Assembly: GCA_963764795.1 (NCBI GenBank)
Contig: CAVXTV010000002.1
Location: forward strand, 143,392 to 207,391
Direction: 5' to 3'
Source: an uncultured Solirubrobacterales bacterium
GTDB lineage: Bacteria > Actinomycetota > Thermoleophilia > Solirubrobacterales > 70-9
Length of the DNA: 64,000 nucleotides
The notes beneath the pieces are model-generated. The model saw nothing but the letters and a program-made list of their open reading frames with translations, did not search any database and was not told where the DNA came from. Positions 44,291-55,517 of this stretch are shown here, piece by piece (the first letter of the stretch is position 1; every line of letters starts with the position of its first letter). Made by a program: the position numbers and the translations under genes.

Positions 44291-47200
44291 GCGCTCGAGG
44301 CAAGCCCAAGCCGCCGTCAGGGGGCCGCACGCTCGCCACGCGCGTGGCGAGCCTGGCCACGCGGCGTTCGCGTCTCGTCGTCGCCCTCTGGGTCGTCCTC
44401 GTCGCCGTGCTCGCCTTCCAGGGCCGCAACGCGGAAAAGGAATTCCAGGTCCACCCGCTGTTGGTGAACGGCAGCGAGAGCAAGCGCGCCCACGAGATCG
44501 CCCTGCGCGAGTTCGGCAACGACTACCCGATGATCGTGCTGCTGCGAGGCCCCCAGGCAGCGGTCAAGCGCCAGGGCGAGATGCTTGCCGAGCGGCTCAG
44601 CCGGCAGCCGCGCATGCTGGTGATATCGCCCTGGGCGAGGGGGGCCTCGATCGACGGCCTGCACGCCGCGGCCGGGCGTGGCAGCGCTGCTACTGCGCAC
44701 GGCAAGCCGCGAAGGCGACACGGTCTCCGGCCTGCTGCCGCCGGTGCAGCGCCAGGTCGACGCGACCGTCACCGGCCCGGTTCACGCCAGCATCGCCGGC
44801 CTGCCGGTGATCATCGACTCGTTGCGCAACTCCAGCGCCGACGCGGCCTCGCTCGGCGAGCTGATCGCGATTCCGATCCTCCTCTTCGTCCTCCTCTTCG
44901 TTTTTCGTTCGTTGCTTGCCGCGATTACGCCGCTGCTCATCGGTGGCACCGTCGTAATCGCCAGCCGCGGCCTGCTCAGCCTGCTGGCGGGGGTAGTTGA
45001 GCTCGACCTCTTCGCCTTGGTTGTCAGCGCGATGATGGGCCTCGCGCTCGGGGTCGACTACTCGCTGCTGGTCGTCTCCCGTTTTCGTGAAGAGCGGGAG
45101 CGAAGTGATCTGCCGACCGCGATCGAGACGACCGTCAGCGCCACCACGCGCTCGATCCTGCCCGCTGGCGGTGCCTTGCTGCTGGCGATGCTGATGGTTC
45201 CCGTCCTGCTGCCCGGGTTGCTGATCCGCTCGGTGGCGATCGGCGTCGGCATCGCCACCGCGCTCAGCATGTTCGCGGCCTTCTGCATCGTTCCGGCCCT
45301 GCTGGTTCTCTTCGGTAGGCACCTCGATCGCTGGGCGCTGCCGAGGCGGGATACCTCACGGGGGGCGGCCCTGCGTTGGAGTCGCAGGCTGAGAAAGCAC
45401 CCCGCGATCGCGCTCGCCTTCATCTTCGTCCTCCTGGTGCTCTCGACCCTCGCCTTCAATCTCGACTCCGGCACCGCCACGGCCGGCCTCCTGCCTCCTG
45501 ACGACCCGGGCCGTCAGCAACAGGAAGAAGTCGAAGGTGCGCTCGGGCCGGGCTGGGTTGCGCCGACGGAAGTCGTGATCGACGGCCGAGGCACGCCGGT
45601 CACCTCGCCGGCGCGCCTGCGGGCGATCGCCGCTTTCCAGCGTCATGTCGAAGCGGATCCGGGCGTTGCGGGCATGGCCGGCCTGATCCCGATCGAGCGC
45701 AGCGCCAGGAAGCTCTCTGGCCTGGGCGGGCAGCTGGCCGCCCAGGAACGCGGCTTGGACCGGCTCGAATCCGGCATCGCTCGGGTCGGGGGTGGGGCCG
45801 CTCGCAACACCGCGGGGCTGCGCCAGGCCGCCGCCGGCTCGAGGACGCTCGATGCCGGCGTCAAGGCGGCCAACGCCGGTGCCGGCGCCCTGGCAAGCGG
45901 CTTGCAGCAGACCAGCGCCGGCTCGAGTCGCCTGGCGCACGGGCTCGACAACGCCGGCGAAGGCAGCGGCCAGGTTGCTCGCGGGGCGCATAAGGCCAGC
46001 GGTGGCGCCAGCAAGCTCGCTCGCGGCTTGGCCCGGGCGCAGGAACAGACGGGAGAAATCCAGGGCGGCGCCAGGCTGTTCAAGAACGCGATGCGCTCGG
46101 GTGAAGCCCGGCTCGGCGAAGTCAAGGGACCGCTGCAGGGCAGCGAAGAACAGCTTGCCGCCGCCCGGCAGGCGCTGCTGCAAATGACCACCGGGCGCAG
46201 CGACTCCGAATACGCCGCTGCGCTTGCCGCCGTCGAAGCCGCCAGTCGCCAGCTCACCGGCAAGGATCCACAAACTGGAGAACCGGAAGACCCGTCCTAC
46301 GATGGCGTCAAGGCGGGGGTCGAACGGGCGAACGGTCAGTTCGGGGTCGGTGTCTACCTGGCGGAAAGGCAGGACAAGAACGGCGCCCAGGCGAGTGAAG
46401 GGATCGAAAAGCTGGCCGGCGCCTCGGTCCGCCTCGAACATGGCTTGCAACGGCTTGCCAAGGGCGGCCAGCAGGTCTCCGAAGGCGTCGCGGCGCTCGC
46501 CCAAGGTGGGCAGCAGCTGTCGCCCGCCCTGAGGAGGCTGAGCCACGGGGCGGGGCGTCTGACCGACGGCCTCGGCTTGCTTGCCAGCGGCAGCGGCCAG
46601 CTGACCGACGGCCTCGAAGAAGGCGCGCAGAAGTCGCGGGCCCTGCCCTTGGCCCTGCATCGCATCGGCCGGGGTCTGGAAGGCCGCAACAGCTCGGGCG
46701 GCGGGCTCTCCCAGAGCGAACTGCAGCAGCGCTCACCCGGGCTCTTCCACTCGGCCTACTTCGTGCTGGCTGCACTTGACGGCAGCTCACCGACCAAGCG
46801 AGCGCAGCTCGGCTCGCTGCTCAACGTCAATCGGGGCGGCAGCGATGCGCGCCTGCTGATCATCCCCCGCGACCCGCCGACGACCGCCGCGGCAAAGGCG
46901 ACGACCGAACACCTCGAAACCGGTGCCAGCCAGCTCGAACGAAAGACCGGTGCCGAGGTGCTGGTCGGCGGGGTGGGGCCGGCCGATATCGCGATCAACG
47001 ACGAGTTCCGCGCCCAGGCGCCACTGGTGCGACTCGCACTCTCGCTGATCAGCCTGATCATCCTGGTACCGCTGTTGCGATCGCTGGTGATCCCGCTGCT
47101 GACGGTGGTGATCAACCTGATCACGGTCAGCGCCACCTTCGGCGTGCTCTCGTTGCTCTTCAACGGCTCGCTGTTCGGTGGACCGGGCTACGTCGACACG

Positions 47201-47587
47201 ACGATGATCCCCAACATCATCGTCGTCATCTTCGCCCTCGCGATCGACTACGAGGTCTTTATCTTCGCCCGCATCCGGGAGGAGTACGTGCGCACCGGCT
47301 CCACCCCCGCCGCGGTGGCCGGTGGACTCGATCGCACCGCCCACGTCGTCAGTGGCGCGGCGGTGATCATGATCACCGTCTTCCTCGCCTTCGCGGCCTC
47401 GGAGTTCGTCACGATCCGTGACTTCGGCGTCGCCCAGGCCACAGCCGTCTTCATCGATGCCTTCATCGTCCGGCTGGTCATCGTGCCGGCACTGATGCTC
47501 TGGCTCGGCGACCGCTGCTGGTGGATGCCGCGCTGGCTCAGCTGGTTACCGGGCAGGGGCTCCCCAGCGCTGGGGGAGGAGGGCTGA
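44287..47587 (+). CDS. MMPL (RND-superfamily) transporter with large xxxLxxG heptad-repeat insert, frame change near 44670
   Basis: N-terminus in ORF 44287..45000, remainder in ORF 44678..47587. Two 6-TM MMPL halves (GLALGVDYSLLVVSRFREE; ALAIDYEVFIFARIREE) flank about 330 aa of Gly/Ala/Leu heptads. Confidence 0.8.
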
Positions 47588-47599
47588 AGCCAGCCTCGG

Positions 47600-48812
47600 C
47601 TAGGCGAGTGAGCAGCGCGCCTGGTAGATCGAGAGAAAGCCGTTCTCGAAACCGTTGCGGGCGGCGCGCAGGTAAAGACGCCAGACGCGGACCCGTTCCG
47701 GCCCGGCCAGGCGCAGCGCCTCGTCGAGGTTCTCGTCCAGCCGCCGTGCCCAGTGGCGCAGGGTCTCGGCGTAGTCGGCGCCGTGCTCGGAGACGTGGCG
47801 GGTAATGAAGCCGGCCCGCTCCAGCGCCAGCAGCACCCGCGAGAGTTGCAGCGGTTCGCCGTCGGGGAAGACGTAGCGCTCGGAGAAGGCGGCAGCGTCG
47901 GGGTCGGTATGGCGCAGGCGGGAGATGCCGTGGTTGAGCAGGCGCCCGCCGGGCTCGAGCAGGCCGGCCAGGGTGCGGGCGTAGACGTCGATCTGCTCCT
48001 CGCCGACGTGCTCGACCATGCCGATCGAGGCGATCGCGTCGAAGCGCTCGCCGCTGCTCGCGAGGTCGCGGTAGTCCATCACGCGGACCTCGACCCGGTC
48101 GGCGACGCCGGCTTCCTCGGCCCGCTGCCGCGCCCGCTCGGCCTGCGGCGGCGAGAGCGTGATGCCGAGCACGCTGGCGCCGTACTTGGTCGCCGCGCGC
48201 AGTGGGAAGGCGCCCCAGCCGCAGCCGACGTCGAGCACCCGCTCTCCCTCTTTCAGCGCCAGCTTGCGGGCGACCGTGTCGAGCTTCTCTTCCTGGGCCT
48301 GCTCCAGCGTCTCGGCACCCTCGGCGAAGAAGGCGCAGCTGTAGGTCATCGACTGGTCGAGGAAGAGGGCGAAGAAGTCGTTGGAGACGTCGTAGTGGTG
48401 GCGCACCGCCTTGGCGTCGCGCTCCTTGCTATGGCGCCGGCCGCTGAGCACGCAGCTCGGAGTCGGGCCGGCGCGGCGGCCGCTGGATCCCGGCGGCGCG
48501 CACCGCGCCGAGCAGCAGGCTGCGCTTGTCGGCGCCGTCCAGCGCCGGCGGCTGCCAGCGGTCGAGCAGCTCGATCACGGCGTCCATGTCGTCGACCTCG
48601 ATGTCGCCGCTGACGTAGGCGCGGCCGAGCCCGAGCTGGCCCGGCGCGCGCAGCGCGTGCGCGGCGGCCCGCGGCGAGCGGATGTAGAAGGTCGGCCCGC
48701 TGCCATTGCTGGCGGGCAGTCGGGTGCCGTCCCAGAACTCGACCTTGAACGGTCGCTCGGGGATGCGCGCTTCGATCTCGCGGCGCAGTGGTGCGGTGCT
48801 GGAGAAGGCCAA
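47600..48812 (-). CDS. cfa: cyclopropane-fatty-acyl-phospholipid synthase family methyltransferase, frame change near 48440
   Basis: HYDVSNDFFALFLD and VLDVGCGWG in ORF 47600..48451. The N-terminal domain lies in ORF 48429..48812. Confidence 0.85.
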
Positions 48813-48865
48813 GGCGCACGACTTTACCTTTCCCCGGACCTGAGCCCGTATGATCGGCGCTCCGA

Positions 48866-49795
48866 ATGGAAAGCAGCGGCGTTCTTCCCTCAGATATTCA
48901 GCCGGTCGCCAACGAGACCCGCGACCGCATCATCACCGGCCTGGTGACGCTGGTCCCCTTCGTCGCGCTCGGCCTCGCCGGCTGGCAGGTCTGGGGCAAG
49001 GCCCTGCACTGGAGCGACGTCTTCCTCTTCCTCGGCATGTACCTCTTCACTGGGCTGGGGATCACGGTTGGCTTCCACCGCCACCTCACCCACCGCAGCT
49101 TCAAGGCGAAGACCTGGCTGCACGGCCTGCTGGCGATCCTCGGCTCGGCGGCGATCGAGGGCCCGGTGATCTCCTGGGTGGCCGACCACCGCAAGCACCA
49201 TGCCTTCTCCGACGAAGAGGGGGACCCGCACAGCCCCCACGTCGACCACGGCCACGGTTGGTCGGGAGCGATGCGCGGCCTCTTCCACGCCCACATGGGC
49301 TGGCTCTTCATCCACACCCAGCGCGGCAACAAGGAACGCTTCGCGCCGGACTTGATCAAGGACCCGACGATCAACTGGGTCGACCGCACCTTTCTCTACT
49401 GGGCGATCGGCGGCCTCCTCCTCCCCTTCGCGCTTGGCTGGGTCATCGGCGGCACCCTCTTCGCCGCGCTCACCGGCCTGCTCTGGGGCGGCCTGGTCCG
49501 CGTCTTCGTCCTCCACCACTTCACCTACAGCATCAACTCGCTCTGCCACGTCTTCGGCAACCGTGACTTCGAGACCACCGACGAGTCGCGCAACCTGGCG
49601 CTGATCGCGATCCCGACCTTCGGCGAGGCCTGGCACAACAACCACCACGCCTTCCCCACCTCCGCCACCCACGGCCTCGGCCGCTGGCAATTCGACCTCT
49701 CCGCCGTGGTCATCGACTCGCTGGAGAAGCTCGGCCTGGTCTGGGACGTCGTTCGGGTTACTCCCGAGCGGATGGCGGCCAAGGCCGCCTCCTAG
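48866..49795 (+). CDS. membrane fatty-acid (acyl-CoA/acyl-lipid) desaturase
   Basis: Three His boxes: HRHLTHRSF, HRKHHAFSD, HNNHHAFP. Confidence 0.9.
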   Translation: MESSGVLPSDIQPVANETRDRIITGLVTLVPFVALGLAGWQVWGKALHWSDVFLFLGMYLFTGLGITVGFHRHLTHRSFKAKTWLHGLLAILGSAAIEGPVISWVADHRKHHAFSDEEGDPHSPHVDHGHGWSGAMRGLFHAHMGWLFIHTQRGNKERFAPDLIKDPTINWVDRTFLYWAIGGLLLPFALGWVIGGTLFAALTGLLWGGLVRVFVLHHFTYSINSLCHVFGNRDFETTDESRNLALIAIPTFGEAWHNNHHAFPTSATHGLGRWQFDLSAVVIDSLEKLGLVWDVVRVTPERMAAKAAS

Positions 49796-52167
49796 GGCGC
49801 TTCGGTCGATTCGTACCAGTCGATCCAGGCATTGCATGCCTGGCTGAGCGGCACGATGCGGTGCGGTTTGGCGGGCACCGCGACCAGCTCTCCGAGGGTC
49901 GCCTTGCCCGAGTAGCCCGTCAGGCGCTGCAAGGTGCTCGGCTCGGTGGCGGTGATCGTGAAGTGGAGCGGGCCACCGTTGCTTCTGACTTCGCCCGCAG
50001 GCCAGAACTGGCCCTCGTTAGCGAGGCTGATCGTGTTCGGCCGCTGACCGTCGAGCGCGGCCGGCAGTGCCTGGTCGAGGCCCGGCGCGCTCAGGGTGAG
50101 GCCGAAGGGGGAGAAGTACTGGATCGAGAGGCGCCAGCGGCCGCTGGGCAGGCGCAGCGTCTGTGAGGTGCTCTGGCCGGCTTCGAGTTCCGCCGCGGGG
50201 CTCCAGCGGCCCTTGCCGCCAATCACGGCACCCGGGAAGAGCGAGGCGCGGCCGCGGCTGGCAAGCAGGATGCGGATCTCCGGCGAGGCGCAATCGGCAT
50301 GGGCCGCCGGTTCGGTCCCCTCGAGCAGCACGTGGCGATCCTCAGGCGGAGTGCCGGTGCGCTTCCAGAGGATGTAGGAGGGGGTGGCGGCGACCCGCTT
50401 GAAACCCGACGGCGCTTCGCTGTTCCAGGCGGCGCGGCCGGTGATCACGTAGGGGAAGCGGTCGAGGGTGGCGTGCGAGAAGGAGTCGAAGTCGATCGGG
50501 CTGTAGGCGTCGCCGGTGTCGAACGGCTTTTCCGGGCTGGGAGAGACGTCGGCGTCGGGAAACTCGACCAGGGGGACGTGGGTGTCGGCGCCGATCAGCT
50601 CGTAGGCGGCGTAGCGGTCCTGGCCGGCGTAGAGGACCGGTTCACCGTGCACGATCGGGATCAACGCCTGCAGCTCGGAGCCGTGGCCGGGTGGACCGAT
50701 CGGGGCGTCGCGCAGCACCAGCAGGCTGGAATAGACCGCCCCCGCCACAAACACCACCGCCAGCACGCTCCAAGCCGCCCGCCCAACTCCCCCCGACGGG
50801 CCTGAAAGCGATCCATATTTTCGCTTTGAGCCCCGTCGGCGACCGAGGTTGACCAGCAGCGGGCGGATCGCGATCAGCATCGCCAGCGGCGCGGCAATCA
50901 TCAGCGCCTTGGCCTGGGAGTACTCGCCGCTGCTGGCGAGCGAAGCGAGGTAGAGAACCGTGCAGCCGGCGAGTGCCACCGGCACGGCGAAGTTGCGCCG
51001 GCGCAGCCACCAGGTGCCGCCGAGCAGGATCGCGGTCGCGGCGATCACCGTCGCCAGCCCGGTCAGCTGGGCACCGCCAGCGGCGTTGAGCCGGTAGTTG
51101 GAGGCCGGCCAGACGCCGAGCACCTCGATCGGCGAGACCGGCCCGTAGGTGTTGGTGCCGGCGACCCGGTTGAAGCCGTGGATGAAGGCAAAGGGACCGA
51201 CGACGGTGAGCACCGCGAGGACGCCGAGCACGGCGACGATCAGCAGCGTAGCCGGCTGGCGTAGGGTGCTCAGCCACGCCCGCGGCGCCAGCGCGCGGCG
51301 CAGCGGGGCGAAGGTGAGCGCCCAGATGGCGAAGATCACCACTGGCCAGGCGAGCCCGGCGAAGCTGTAGGAGAAGAAGATCCCGGTCGCCAGGGTGAGG
51401 CCGAGGATCGCCGTGCCGAAGGGTGCGGGCGCTCCCGCCTCGCCTCGCTCGCGCTCGAGCCGGTGCAGGAGGAGGGCGAAGGCGAGCACGAAGAGCGCCT
51501 CGCCGGTCTCCTTGAAGGCGCCCTGGGCGAAGTAGGAGGCGCCGAGGTAGGGGATTGCGACCAGGGTCGCGGCGAGCACCCGGCGCCCCCGGCCGAGGTC
51601 GTCGAGCGCGGTGAGGGTGACGAGCGCGGTGAGGATGCCGATCGCGAAGATCTCGCCGACGAAGGCCTGGCCGAGGCCGATGCCCGGCAGGGCGGCGATT
51701 GCCGCCGCCAGCGCATGCGGTCCCAGCGGGTAGCCGGCTTCTGGCGCCGGGCCGAGGCCGCTGCGCAGCCACTCGGCCCAGGCCAGGTGCAGCCCGAGGT
51801 CGTTGTTGAAGCCGACGCCGACGATCCCCCAGCGACCGCTGACCGCGAACGGGATCGAGAAGGCGAGGGTGACGAGGAGCGCGACCGGCCAGCCCTCGCG
51901 CAGCAGCGATACGCCGCCGGCTTGACGCGGCCGCTGCCAGAGCAGGGCAGCCGCGGCGATGACGAGGACGACGAGGCCGATCGTCGCGCTGGTCGCGTGC
52001 CCGGGCGCCCGGGCGAAGAAGCCGGTCACCGTCAGCACGGCGCCGAAGCCGACCGCGGGCGCCAGCCAACGCCGCGACTCGCCCCCGCCGGTGAGGCCGA
52101 GGATCGCGCGTCCAACCAACAGCGAGGCGGCGCAGATCAGCGCCGCCGAGGCGTAGGTCCCGATCAT
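49792..52167 (-). CDS. GT-C-like polytopic membrane protein with C-terminal extracytoplasmic domain
   Basis: 791-aa open frame: about 12 TM helices, then one further TM helix and about 310 soluble residues. It contains repeat family A copy 3 in frame. The family assignment is inferred from topology only. Confidence 0.6.
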   Translation of the reverse strand: MIGTYASAALICAASLLVGRAILGLTGGGESRRWLAPAVGFGAVLTVTGFFARAPGHATSATIGLVVLVIAAAALLWQRPRQAGGVSLLREGWPVALLVTLAFSIPFAVSGRWGIVGVGFNNDLGLHLAWAEWLRSGLGPAPEAGYPLGPHALAAAIAALPGIGLGQAFVGEIFAIGILTALVTLTALDDLGRGRRVLAATLVAIPYLGASYFAQGAFKETGEALFVLAFALLLHRLERERGEAGAPAPFGTAILGLTLATGIFFSYSFAGLAWPVVIFAIWALTFAPLRRALAPRAWLSTLRQPATLLIVAVLGVLAVLTVVGPFAFIHGFNRVAGTNTYGPVSPIEVLGVWPASNYRLNAAGGAQLTGLATVIAATAILLGGTWWLRRRNFAVPVALAGCTVLYLASLASSGEYSQAKALMIAAPLAMLIAIRPLLVNLGRRRGSKRKYGSLSGPSGGVGRAAWSVLAVVFVAGAVYSSLLVLRDAPIGPPGHGSELQALIPIVHGEPVLYAGQDRYAAYELIGADTHVPLVEFPDADVSPSPEKPFDTGDAYSPIDFDSFSHATLDRFPYVITGRAAWNSEAPSGFKRVAATPSYILWKRTGTPPEDRHVLLEGTEPAAHADCASPEIRILLASRGRASLFPGAVIGGKGRWSPAAELEAGQSTSQTLRLPSGRWRLSIQYFSPFGLTLSAPGLDQALPAALDGQRPNTISLANEGQFWPAGEVRSNGGPLHFTITATEPSTLQRLTGYSGKATLGELVAVPAKPHRIVPLSQACNAWIDWYESTEAP
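50793..50839 (+). repeat. 47-nt hairpin element, family A copy 3 (inside a coding frame)
   Basis: CCGACGGGCCTGAAAGCGATCCATATTTTCGCTTTGAGCCCCGTCGG. Translated on the minus strand within ...GRRRGSKRKYGSLSGPSGGVG.... Confidence 0.8.
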
Positions 52168-52212
52168 CAGGGGCGCAAACTATGGCAGCGAGGGGCGCTG
52201 GCGCCGCCTCGC

Positions 52213-52923
52213 TCAGTACTTCTCGGCCGCCCGTTCCAGCGCCGGGCGCAGGTTGTCGCCCCGAAGTGGCTCTTGGTGGCCGGTGCCGACGACCTTCGGC
52301 TCGAGCGCCGCCAGCTTGCGCACCGACTCCTTTGCCTTGGCGTGATCCCAGGCCCAGGCGGGGTGGGGCACGCTTGCCTCGCCCGCGGGCAGCGGCTTGC
52401 CCATCCGGGTCGAGTCGAGCAGGTAGATCGTGTCGCTGACGAGTGCCACTCCGTCGCTCTCGCGCCAGAGGCCGATCTGGCCCGGCGCGTGGCCCGGGAA
52501 ATGGATCACCCGGAACCCGGCCACCTCGTCGCCCTCCGAGACGGTGCCGGCGATCTTCACCGCGCCGCCGTCCCAGCGCCGCAGCAGCAGCGGGTAGAGC
52601 CAGCGCGCCGGTGCCGGCAGCTCCGAGATCTCCATGTAGGGGGCGATCGCAGCGTCGCTTTCGGCGTCGGCGACTTCGTCGGGATGGCAAAAGACGGGAG
52701 CGCCCATCGAGGGGGCGGTGCCACGGTGATCGGCGTGGGCATGGCCCAGCACGACTCGCTTCAACCCGCCGAGCTGGGCGGCCGCGGCGCCTGCCTTCTT
52801 CACCATCGCCTTGGTGCCGGCGTCGAACTGCACGACCCCGTCCCCGTCCTCGAGGAAGTAGATGTTCATCGCCTTGCGGGTATCACCGCGCAGCAGCCAG
52901 ACCCCGTTGGCAACCTTCTCCAT
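52213..52923 (-). CDS. MBL-fold metallo-hydrolase
   Basis: 236 aa intact: LGHAHADHRG (HxHxDH) and HFPGHAPG. Confidence 0.8.
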   Translation of the reverse strand: MEKVANGVWLLRGDTRKAMNIYFLEDGDGVVQFDAGTKAMVKKAGAAAAQLGGLKRVVLGHAHADHRGTAPSMGAPVFCHPDEVADAESDAAIAPYMEISELPAPARWLYPLLLRRWDGGAVKIAGTVSEGDEVAGFRVIHFPGHAPGQIGLWRESDGVALVSDTIYLLDSTRMGKPLPAGEASVPHPAWAWDHAKAKESVRKLAALEPKVVGTGHQEPLRGDNLRPALERAAEKY

Positions 52924-52938
52924 GATGAGATCAGCCTA

Positions 52939-53091
52939 ATGCCAGTTCTATGGAAAGCCGGAATGGCGGTGTTGCTGATCTGCCTGCTCGCCTCGATGGG
53001 TATCGCGATCTACCGCCTGGCGACGACGCCGAGCGAAATCCTCGGCGATCGCTTTCACGGCCTGCCTGTTCGCGCCCACGACTCACGTTAG
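52939..53091 (+). CDS. possible 50-aa single-TM peptide
   Basis: ATG 52939: MPVLWKAGMAVLLICLLASMGIAIYRLATT.... Lies in an otherwise empty 200-nt gap. No RBS seen. Confidence 0.25.
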   Translation: MPVLWKAGMAVLLICLLASMGIAIYRLATTPSEILGDRFHGLPVRAHDSR

Positions 53092-53128
53092 TATCGGCCC
53101 CGTTCAGCGACTGAGTAGAGGAGGCGGC

Positions 53129-53572
53129 GTGTTCACTCGCATCGTGGTTGGAACCGATGGGTCGGAGACGGCCGCCGAGGCGGTTCGCCAGGCCGTCGAC
53201 CTCGCCAAGCTCGCGGGCGCCCAGCTCAGCATCGTCAGTGCCTACGCGCCGATCTCGAAGCGTCAGGTCGAGGGCGAGAAGGAAGGCGCCCCGGCGGACG
53301 TCCAGTACGAGATCGGCCCGCGCGAGGACGTCAACCTGGTCCTCGACGCCGCCGCCGCGGCGGCTCGCAAGGAGGGGATCGAGGTGCAGACGCACCCGGT
53401 CGAGGGCGACCCCGCCGAGGGCATCCTCAATGTCGCCGAAGAGACCAAAGCCGACCTGATCGTGGTCGGCAACAAGGGCATGACCGGGGCGCGGCGCTTC
53501 CTGCTCGGCAGCGTCCCCAACAACGTCTCCCATCACGCTCCCTGCAGCGTGATCATCGTTAGAACGACCTAG
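53129..53572 (+). CDS. universal stress protein (UspA family)
   Basis: RBS GAGGAGG, then IVVGTDGSETA...DLIVVGNKGMTGARRFLLGSVPNNVSHHAPCSVIIV. Confidence 0.85.
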   Translation: MFTRIVVGTDGSETAAEAVRQAVDLAKLAGAQLSIVSAYAPISKRQVEGEKEGAPADVQYEIGPREDVNLVLDAAAAAARKEGIEVQTHPVEGDPAEGILNVAEETKADLIVVGNKGMTGARRFLLGSVPNNVSHHAPCSVIIVRTT

Positions 53573-53576
53573 CGCG

Positions 53577-54940
53577 CTAGTCGCCTCGGGTGGCGTGCGC
53601 CTGGCCCCGCGGTTCCGTCGCCAGGGCGGCGTCGATCAGCCCGGCGCCCTCGCGGGTCGTCGGTTGCCCGAGGCTGCGTGCCGTGCGGCGCAGGCGTTTT
53701 GTCACCGCGGCCACCCGGCCTGGCGTCGGCTTGCGCTGGACCGTGCCGCTGGCCAGCACCATCGCGGCGACGCCGGAGACGTGCGCGGCGGCCATCGAGG
53801 TGCCGACGTAGCTGCCGGGCTCGCCGAAGCGGCGCGTGCTGCCGGCCTTCAGGGTCACCTGGTAGATCGAGCCCGACGAGATCGAGGGGCAGCCGGCGAG
53901 TGGCGGGCCGCCGCCGGGGGCAACCACGTCGACGTCACGGCCGGCCAGCGAGTAGAAGCCGAGGCAGCCGCCCTCGGTGCTGCCGCCGACGCCGATCGTA
54001 TGCGGGGCGGTCGCCGGCGGGGCGACACAGGTCTCCGAGCCGAGGTTGCCCACCGAGGCGACCGTGATCACTCCCTGGTGGTAGGCCTGCCGTAGAGCTT
54101 CGTCGACCCCGGGCACTTCGCGGCCGCAGCCGAAGTTGAAGCTCATGTTGATCACGTCGGCGCCGTTGGCGACGGCGAAGCGGATTCCCTTGGCGATGTC
54201 GGTCGGCCCGTCCGCGGCCCTCGGCGTCGAGCACCCGCACCGGCATCAGCTTCGCCCGGAAGGCGAGGCCGGTGAGGCCGATGCCGTTGTTGGTCTTCTC
54301 GGCGATCGTGCTGGCGACATGCGTGCCGTGGCCGTTTTCGTCGAGCGGCAGGCGGTCGCCGTCGACGAAGTCGTGGCCCTTGACGAACTGCCTGGCGGTG
54401 AAGTCGGGGCTGCGGCGGAAGCGCTTGCCCAGGGAGCGATAGGCGATCCCGGTGTCGAGCACGGCAACGGTCACGCCTTCGGCGCCGGGACGCCCCGCCG
54501 CTTCCAGGTTTTCCCAGGCACCGACGGCGTCGATGCCGCCGGGGGAGAGGGGCACCAGCGGTGTCGGCAGGCCCTCCCAGGGCAGGAAGTTCCACTGCTT
54601 CGAGACCCAGCCGCCGGGCGGTCCCGGGGGCCCGCTGAGCGGGCCGGGGTCGTTGGGAACGGTCGGTTCTTCTTCGCCCGTCGAGGCGGTGGCGATGAAG
54701 TCGGGCGCGGCGTAGGCGACGTTGGGATTGGATTGCAGCGCGGCCGCCGCCTCACCGACGCTGGTCTGCCGTGGCAGGTCGATGGTCCGCGCCCGCTCGG
54801 ATCCCGCCAGCTTGACGATCAGCTCGTGAGGGGCGAAGCCGTGCGCGGCCGCGACGCCAGTCGCGGCGCTGGCTCGACGCGGGTGCAAGCGTCAGGGCCG
54901 CGAGCAGGGTCGCGGCGGCGATCGGAAGGCGTCGATTCAT
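53577..54940 (-). CDS. secreted S8 (subtilisin-like) serine peptidase, frame changes
   Basis: Signal peptide from ATG 54940. Catalytic D (VAVLDTGI), H (HGTHVAS) and S (GTSMAAAHVSG). Pieces lie in ORFs 54752..55741 (first residues), 53935..54888 and 53577..54155. Confidence 0.8.
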
Positions 54941-55032
54941 CTTTGCGTTGGCCCTGAATCCCTGCGATCGAGCGGGCTCCTCCCTAACACCGGCCCGCCG
55001 ACGAAGTTGTAGTCCCACATACTCCCCCATGG

Positions 55033-55501
<469 letters not shown>

Positions 55502-55517
55502 GCGCCGCTGGCCCGAG

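Noticed and set aside
48848-48853. TATGAT hexamer 13 nt before the desaturase ATG as a -10 box for a near-leaderless transcript
   Set aside because: It is a single hexamer without a recognisable -35, so it cannot be distinguished from chance.
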